This document shows, one piece after another, positions 58,376 through 64,000 of a stretch of DNA of 64,000 nt (position 1 is the first letter of the stretch; the number at the start of each line of letters is the position of its first letter). The stretch lies in the NCBI GenBank assembly GCA_964409765.1, contig CAYPEM010000019.1:1429-65428 (forward strand), given 5' to 3'. Both the position numbers and the translations under genes were made by a program. Origin of the DNA: an uncultured Chitinophagaceae bacterium (GTDB lineage: Bacteria > Bacteroidota > Ignavibacteria > UBA10030 > UBA8401). Below the pieces are notes generated by a model. That model did not search any database and was not told where the DNA came from. It saw nothing but the letters and a program-made list of their open reading frames with translations.

Positions 58376-60418
58376 TTAAGGTAGCGATTTCAACTTCAAC
58401 ATTCTTGCATTTATTGCAACCACAATCGTACTAACACTCATTAATACTGCACCGGCTGCTGGACTTAGCAAAATACCATATGAATATAAAACTCCTGCAG
58501 CAAGTGGAAGTGCCACAACATTGTAGCCAGTAGCCCAAATAAGATTCTGAATCATCTTTCGATAAGTCGCTTTCCCGAATAGTATCAGGTTTGCAATATC
58601 CTTTGGATTACTATTCACCAGGATGATTCCAGCTGTCTCTGCAGCAATATCGCTTCCGCTTCCGACTGCAATACCCACATCTGCTTGCGCTAATGCAGGA
58701 GCATCATTAACTCCGTCACCTGTCATTGCAACAAATTCTCCATTCGTTTGAAGCTCTTTAATTTTTTCGAGCTTTTGATGAGGTAGAACTTCGGCAAAGA
58801 AACCGTCCATCTTCAGTTCATCGCTTACACTTTTTGCAACCCTGGAATTATCACCGGTCAATAAAATTGATTTAATTCCATTTTCATGTAAGGTCTTTAT
58901 AGCTTCGTATGATTCACTTCTTATTTTATCAGCTAAAGCGATGAAACCGGCCACTGCATCGTTCATCAAAAGATAAACGACAGTTTCATTTTCCTTTCCT
59001 TCTGTATCCATTTGAGCTGAAGGAAATTTCTCTTTCACATATTTCGGACTTACAATCAAGATTTCATTTCCATCGATAATTCCTTCCACGCCTTTTCCGG
59101 TTATCGCTTCGAATCCTTGAACCTTCGGCAATGACAAATTCAACTCCTTTGATTTTGCAACTACTCCGGTTGCTATCGGATGTTCTGAATTCTGTTCAAT
59201 GGCTGCGGCCATCTGTATTAATTTTTCATCGCTGATATTATTCAGATATGATTTATAACGGACCACCTGAAATTTCCCAATCGTCAATGTTCCAGTTTTA
59301 TCGAAAATAATCGTAGTTATCTTCCTCGCATTTTCAAAAGCAGTTCTGTTCTTAATTAGTAATCCGCTTTTAGCAGAAATGGAAGTTGATATCGCTACGA
59401 CCAATGGAACGGCAAGTCCTAATGCATGCGGACAACAGATGACAATAACGGTTACCATTCGCTCCAATGCAAAGACGAATGGCTCTTTTAACATAGACCA
59501 CCAGACAAAAAATGTTGTAAAGCCTGCAACTAATGCAACGATTGTAAGCACTCGTGCTGCCTGGTCAGCGAGTAATTGCGTTTGGGATTTGGTTTTTTGT
59601 GCATCATCTACAAGTTTAATCACTCTTGCTAAATAGGAGTCTTTCGATGAATGACTGACAGATACTTTTAATGAACCATTTCCATTTATTGAACCTGCAA
59701 TAACCTTTTCACCTTTTTGTTTTTTAACCGGAACAGATTCGCCCGTAAGCATCGATTCATTCAGGTAACTTTCTCCATCTGAAATAATACCATCTGCAGC
59801 TACCTTTTCTCCAGGCTTAATCAATATGATATCACCTTCTTTGAGAGAATCGGTTTTTACCTCGTGAATCATTTCGCCCATTACCATATGCGCTTCGGAT
59901 GGCATTAGCTGGACCAACAATTCTAATTCCTTTGATGCACCTGCTACTGATTTCATTTCAATCCAATGTCCCAATAGCATGATTAAAATTAGTGTGCAGA
60001 GCTCCCAGAAGAAATCCATTCCCTGCAAACCAAAAACCGTAGCAACGCTGTATGCGTATGCTGAAGTGATTGCCACCGCAATGAGTGTCATCATTCCGGG
60101 CTTTTTCTGTTTCAGCTCTTCTACTATACCTGTCAAAAACGGCCATCCGCCATATAAGAATACAACAGTTGAAAGTGCAAATAGTAAATAGGTTGAACCA
60201 TTGAATGCAATATTGAAATGAAACCATTGCTGTATCATTGGTGACAGTAACATGACAGGAATGGTAATGATAAGCGTCACATAAAATCTACGCTTGAAAT
60301 CATCAATCATCATTTTGTGATGGTCATGATGCATTGTTCCCATTGGGGGATTAGAATGATTTGTAATTCCCGTGTTGTCCTGTGCTGTATGTTGATGTTC
60401 CATTTCAGAATTTTCCAT
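58376..60418 (-). CDS. copB: P1B-3-type heavy-metal ATPase (CPH motif) with a His-rich N-terminal extension; CopB-like copper exporter
   Basis: N-terminal HQHTAQDN...MHHDHHKMM. CCPHALGLAVP (CPH). Canonical DKTGTLT. SEHPIATGVV. TGDGVNDAPAL. Confidence 0.8.
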   Translation of the reverse strand: MENSEMEHQHTAQDNTGITNHSNPPMGTMHHDHHKMMIDDFKRRFYVTLIITIPVMLLSPMIQQWFHFNIAFNGSTYLLFALSTVVFLYGGWPFLTGIVEELKQKKPGMMTLIAVAITSAYAYSVATVFGLQGMDFFWELCTLILIMLLGHWIEMKSVAGASKELELLVQLMPSEAHMVMGEMIHEVKTDSLKEGDIILIKPGEKVAADGIISDGESYLNESMLTGESVPVKKQKGEKVIAGSINGNGSLKVSVSHSSKDSYLARVIKLVDDAQKTKSQTQLLADQAARVLTIVALVAGFTTFFVWWSMLKEPFVFALERMVTVIVICCPHALGLAVPLVVAISTSISAKSGLLIKNRTAFENARKITTIIFDKTGTLTIGKFQVVRYKSYLNNISDEKLIQMAAAIEQNSEHPIATGVVAKSKELNLSLPKVQGFEAITGKGVEGIIDGNEILIVSPKYVKEKFPSAQMDTEGKENETVVYLLMNDAVAGFIALADKIRSESYEAIKTLHENGIKSILLTGDNSRVAKSVSDELKMDGFFAEVLPHQKLEKIKELQTNGEFVAMTGDGVNDAPALAQADVGIAVGSGSDIAAETAGIILVNSNPKDIANLILFGKATYRKMIQNLIWATGYNVVALPLAAGVLYSYGILLSPAAGAVLMSVSTIVVAINARMLKLKSLP

Positions 60419-60776
60419 TTTTTAAAAGTGAGGGCATACTCATTTATGACCACTGCACATGTAATAGTAATTAGCAGTGGTAAAATTGAGAGCCAGGCAT
60501 TCTACATTCCTTACTTAATTTATTTTTTCCGCCTGTATCTTAAAACAAATATTACTATAAGAATAATGAGAAGCGGAATAGTCCACATACCCCAACCCAT
60601 TCCCCAACCCCAAGTATTATCGTGCATCTTTTTATTTTTTAATAAGTTCCAATTGATTCGCTATTCATCCAAGGTAATTTTTTAATTTATAAGTAATATG
60701 CAATTGAAGCAAATAATTACATGATTTACACATTGCAGTGATTCGAAATGATGGTTCATTGAATACTGGTATTCCA

Positions 60777-61328
60777 TCATAATATTTTTTCAAGATTTCT
60801 TTTGGTGTCATTTAACATATTACTTAAACACCAGCTGCAGTACCATCTTGCAAGGAAAAAGGAAAGAATTTTATTGTACCCCTCCTTTGGAGGCAAGTAG
60901 CTAATAGAGAGCCTTGCTTGTGTTCCATCCCCGTCCGGCATGATATCAAACCACATCCGATACCAAGCCATTATAATGATTTTAGCCTCGCCTATAGTTT
61001 CCCATTCCTTCAAAAAAGGGGGTTGCCATTTAGTAACAGCCTCATTGAAATCGATGGTCATTCCCATCATCTTTCCGTACCACCGGTACTTTGCACCTAT
61101 TCCTGTAGCAATTGGTGAGAGTTGTTCGAGATTTAATTTACTGCCCATCATCATCATCGAGCTTTCGCTCATGTGCATTCCGGTTTTGGAGAAGTCGTCC
61201 ATCTGGGAGAATACTTTTTCTGGAGACGCATGAATATAGATGCTTTTAGTTTTGCTCCTCATTTTAAATCTATTTTGCAATTTTCTCCATAATTGCATGA
61301 TTATCACCAAATTTACATAGTGCATCAC
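60777..61328 (-). CDS. SRPBCC (START/Bet v1-like) family protein
   Basis: 183 aa. Pattern [15 protein letters not shown]...W..W typical of polyketide_cyc2/SRPBCC proteins. Low-specificity recognition. Confidence 0.45.
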   Translation of the reverse strand: MMHYVNLVIIMQLWRKLQNRFKMRSKTKSIYIHASPEKVFSQMDDFSKTGMHMSESSMMMMGSKLNLEQLSPIATGIGAKYRWYGKMMGMTIDFNEAVTKWQPPFLKEWETIGEAKIIIMAWYRMWFDIMPDGDGTQARLSISYLPPKEGYNKILSFFLARWYCSWCLSNMLNDTKRNLEKIL

Positions 61329-62505
61329 AATTCTTTTGCAATTCTGAAAACAGAATATATTTTAACGGGATGTTTATTTTTTTAATTGATGGTCGAGCTA
61401 ATTGCATCATAACATCTTTCTCACGATTATCCGGGACTACCAGGTAAAATGTTTCATCCCCATCGGAGACTGTATATGACAGGTCTGTTAATCTCAATAT
61501 GCCGGAATAAATACTTGTACTCTTCTCAACTTCAAATGCACATAAAACATTGCTCGTCCCTTTCTGAAACCACAATACATCGATAAGCTTTATTGTAGAA
61601 AGTGTTTCCTTTTCAGTAGTGAGTGTCGGAAATTCATTACAGCATAGAAAAGAAAAATTCTTTCCGTTAAAGGATTTAGATTTATCATTGCTTGCGCTGA
61701 AAACGTCATAACCGAGAGAATGACCAATTTTTAACAAATGATATTGCATTTCTGTATGCAAACTTTCTTCCTTTTCATCCTGTCTTATCTCTGCCTGCCG
61801 GTTGACTATTAGCCGTTCCAGTTTTTTTCTTTCGTCTTCCGATAAATATTCATCACTGCCTAACACAATTTTTTGAGAACCGATTTCAAATAACATTCCG
61901 GCAAATGCACCTAAATCATTGGACAATTCGGATTTGTATGTATTATTAGTGTTTAAGATTACCTCTCTAATTTTTAAATATTCATTCCACGACCCTAATT
62001 TCTTTTTGTCTTTGAATAAGAAATTGAAACCATTTACTATTGCTGTATTGAATGGCGGTAAGATTGTCGGGTGCAAAAAGTAAAGAATACTTGCCACAGC
62101 AGGACCAAGCCCCTTAATTTTCCTTTCATCGAGTTTTGTAATCTCTTTTATAAGCTGGTCTTCACGAGTAGAGTTGTAGCAACTTTCTAAAAATTGTCCG
62201 AATGCTTTTTTATTATTCTCATTCTCATAAATATCAGGTATGCGCAATTTAGGTTTCCAATAAAAAGGATGAGCCGCACCAATAAAAACCTGCTTTTGTT
62301 CAGTTATACTGTTTAATACCAATTCAAGTGAGCTGTTCTTAAAATCATTCCCAAACGTATTATTCTTGATGTCATCAATCACCTGTTTAACACCTCTCCT
62401 GATTGCACGAAATGCCTTTAACCTTTCATCATTATTTATAAACCATGTGTTATAAACAGACTGTGAATCGGATTTATACTGATTTATGATTTGTTGTATG
62501 TTCAC
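61270..62505 (-). CDS. Hypothetical 411-aa protein with an HhH-like segment and a possible PD-(D/E)xK nuclease motif; located directly after a truncated cusA
   Basis: [17 protein letters not shown] resembles a helix-hairpin-helix motif. [22 protein letters not shown] fits D...ExK. No search was performed. Confidence 0.35.
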   Translation of the reverse strand: MNIQQIINQYKSDSQSVYNTWFINNDERLKAFRAIRRGVKQVIDDIKNNTFGNDFKNSSLELVLNSITEQKQVFIGAAHPFYWKPKLRIPDIYENENNKKAFGQFLESCYNSTREDQLIKEITKLDERKIKGLGPAVASILYFLHPTILPPFNTAIVNGFNFLFKDKKKLGSWNEYLKIREVILNTNNTYKSELSNDLGAFAGMLFEIGSQKIVLGSDEYLSEDERKKLERLIVNRQAEIRQDEKEESLHTEMQYHLLKIGHSLGYDVFSASNDKSKSFNGKNFSFLCCNEFPTLTTEKETLSTIKLIDVLWFQKGTSNVLCAFEVEKSTSIYSGILRLTDLSYTVSDGDETFYLVVPDNREKDVMMQLARPSIKKINIPLKYILFSELQKNCDALCKFGDNHAIMEKIAK

Positions 62506-62538
62506 TTCTGGTTATTTTATTTATTTAACTAAGCATTA

Positions 62539-63807
62539 TTATTTTTTCAATTGCGCCTCGCTCAAATGCCTGTAAGCATTTTCAACCATTACAATACCAT
62601 CATCAACAATAACTCCGATTGCCAATGCAATTCCTGTTAATGACATTATGTTAGAAGAAAAACCAAGAGCATTCAACAGGATGAAAGCCGATGCAACTGA
62701 AATGGGAATCTGGATAAGAATGATGATGGCGCTGCGCCAATGAAAAAGGAAAATCAAAATAATAATTGAAACATTGATGAATACTTCCAGTAACGTTTCT
62801 TTTACCGAACCGATGGCTTCCTCAATCAATCCGCTTCTGTCATAGTCAATATTTATCTTGATTCCTTCAGGCAAACCCTTCTGCACTTCTTCCATTTTTG
62901 TTTTTACATTATGGATTACTGCATCGGCATTTTCCCCATAGCGCATTACTACAATACCACCAACTTTTTCGCCTTCACCATTCTCATCAAAAATACCATA
63001 GCGAATGTCGCCACCCATTTGTACTGCACCCACATCTTTTATTCGAATAGGTACATTATTCGAAGTACTGATAGCGATGTTTTCAATCTCCCCAATTGAT
63101 TTGATGTAACCCAATCCACGCACGATGTATGACTTATCACTCATTTCAAATTTCCTTCCGCCAACATCATTGTTATTTGATTTCACAGCCTTCAGTATAT
63201 CCATCATGGAGAGGTTATAGAAATTCAATTTCACAGGGTCAATAATCACCTGGTATTGCCTTTGAAATCCACCGAAGGAGGCAACTTCACTAACACCAGG
63301 AACCGTTTGTAAAGCAAACTTGATATACCAGTCCTGCAAGGCACGTTGTTCTCCAAGGTCATAACCCTTTGCATCCAGAGTATACCAAAAGATGTGTCCC
63401 ACACCCGTTCCATCCGGACCAAGTGTTGGAGAGATTCCTTCCGGCAAAAGCTTCTGTGCAAAATTCAATCGTTCTGCTACTCTCGTTCTTGCCCAATAGA
63501 TATCAACATTATCTTCAAACACGAGATAAACGAAACTCATTCCGAACATAGATGCACCCCTGATGTTTTTCAATTTCGGAATACCCTGCAGGTTTGCTAC
63601 AAGCGGATAAGTAACCTGGTCTTCTATCACCTGCGGACTGCGACCCATCCATTCCGTAAAAACAATTACCTGGTTTTCGGAGAGGTCAGGAATTGCATCC
63701 ACAGGATTGTGCTGCACTTCATATATGCCCCATCCAAACATACCTGCTGCAATAAGCAACACGATAAAGCGATTACGTAATGAAAAAGAAATGAGCCGTT
63801 CGACCAT
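62539..63807 (-). pseudogene. cusA: N-terminal 422-codon remnant of a CusA-type heavy-metal RND permease (full length would be about 1040 aa)
   Basis: MVERLISFSLRNRFIVLLIAAGMFGWGIYEVQHNPVDAIPDLSENQVIVFTEWMGRSPQVIEDQVTYPL aligns to the CusA N-terminus. The ORF ends at ..VENAYRHLSEAQLKK-stop, and no C-terminal continuation is found downstream. Confidence 0.65.
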
Positions 63808-63821
63808 TGTTGTATGAATTA

Positions 63822-64000
63822 TAGTTTCTTCACTTCAGATAAGTCCATTCCGCAAGAAGGGCAAGCACCGGGCTTATCAGAGAGGACCTCCTTGTCCATA
63901 ACACATTGGTAAAATGTTTCGCCACTTTTCAACTTTGTTGTATCAAGGTTGAAGATTTGAGCAGTGTTTACACTTTGCGTGGTTGTGGTGTCAGTTGATT
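63822..64000 (-). CDS. 3' end of a gene whose C-terminus carries a heavy-metal-binding domain (likely a CusB-like membrane-fusion protein); truncated by the window end
   Basis: Manual reverse-complement translation gives ...CPSCGMDLSEVKKL-stop, with the stop at 63819-63821. This matches the CPKCGM motif of HMBD. Confidence 0.4.

Noticed and set aside
62539-63807. Intein or programmed frameshift as the explanation for the short cusA ORF
   Set aside because: There is no intein-like splicing motif and no in-phase continuation downstream. The following ORF is unrelated in sequence, so a truncation or replacement is more likely.
25252-64000. Search for an attR direct repeat of the tRNA-Asn 3' end (ggttcgagcccaggagggagagcca) to delimit the island
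   Set aside because: No second copy was found by eye in any intergenic spacer of the window (28.3, 32.0, 44.6, 46.6, 49.3, 55.4, 58.3 and 60.5 kb were checked). The right boundary therefore remains undefined.
1-64000. CRISPR arrays, rRNA genes and additional tRNAs
   Set aside because: No regularly spaced direct repeats with unique spacers, no rRNA-like conserved blocks and no other cloverleaf-capable segments were noticed on reading.

Overview
This 64 kb window looks like a Bacteroidetes chromosome. The evidence is the many secreted proteins with T9SS/Por C-terminal sorting domains, SBBP and Kelch-like beta-propellers, an OmpR-type two-component pair and lipoprotein signal peptides. Positions 1-25 kb are ordinary core genes: a purF-like fragment, a sensor kinase and response regulator, a kynurenine-pathway cluster (3-hydroxyanthranilate dioxygenase, ACMSD-like amidohydrolase, aldehyde dehydrogenase), a 1715-aa LTD/CotH surface protein, a Tat-exported Fe/Mn superoxide dismutase and a PfkB kinase. 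At 25.25 kb a tRNA-Asn(GTT) gene is overlapped at its 3' end by the first of two tandem large serine recombinases. This marks the start of an accessory region that runs at least to about 55.3 kb and probably further. Inside it are (i) a small cargo module with a primase-like protein, (ii) a heavy-metal efflux locus (CPC-type P1B ATPase with an unusual DKTRT phosphorylation motif and a separately encoded HMA protein, a His-rich CzcB and a 1457-aa CzcA-CzcC fusion), and (iii) a defense islet. The defense islet has a tyrosine-recombinase catalytic-domain gene, a NUMOD4/HNH-like gene, several unknown proteins, and a TIR-APAZ plus short prokaryotic Argonaute operon of the SPARTA type. That operon lies tail-to-tail with a 4-bp overlap against a 981-aa MmeI-like Type IIG restriction-modification enzyme. 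After a clan GH-A glycoside hydrolase, a second metal module follows from 57.2 kb to the end. It holds a double-HMBD periplasmic protein, a paralog of a Cys/His-rich lipoprotein, a CPH-type His-rich P1B-3 ATPase and a cusA remnant truncated at codon 422 next to an unknown 411-aa protein. No CRISPR array and no rRNA were seen. Intergenic structure includes a 740-bp cluster of REP-like GC hairpins with a long inverted repeat at 0.94-1.68 kb, and two long inverted-repeat hairpins between convergent genes.
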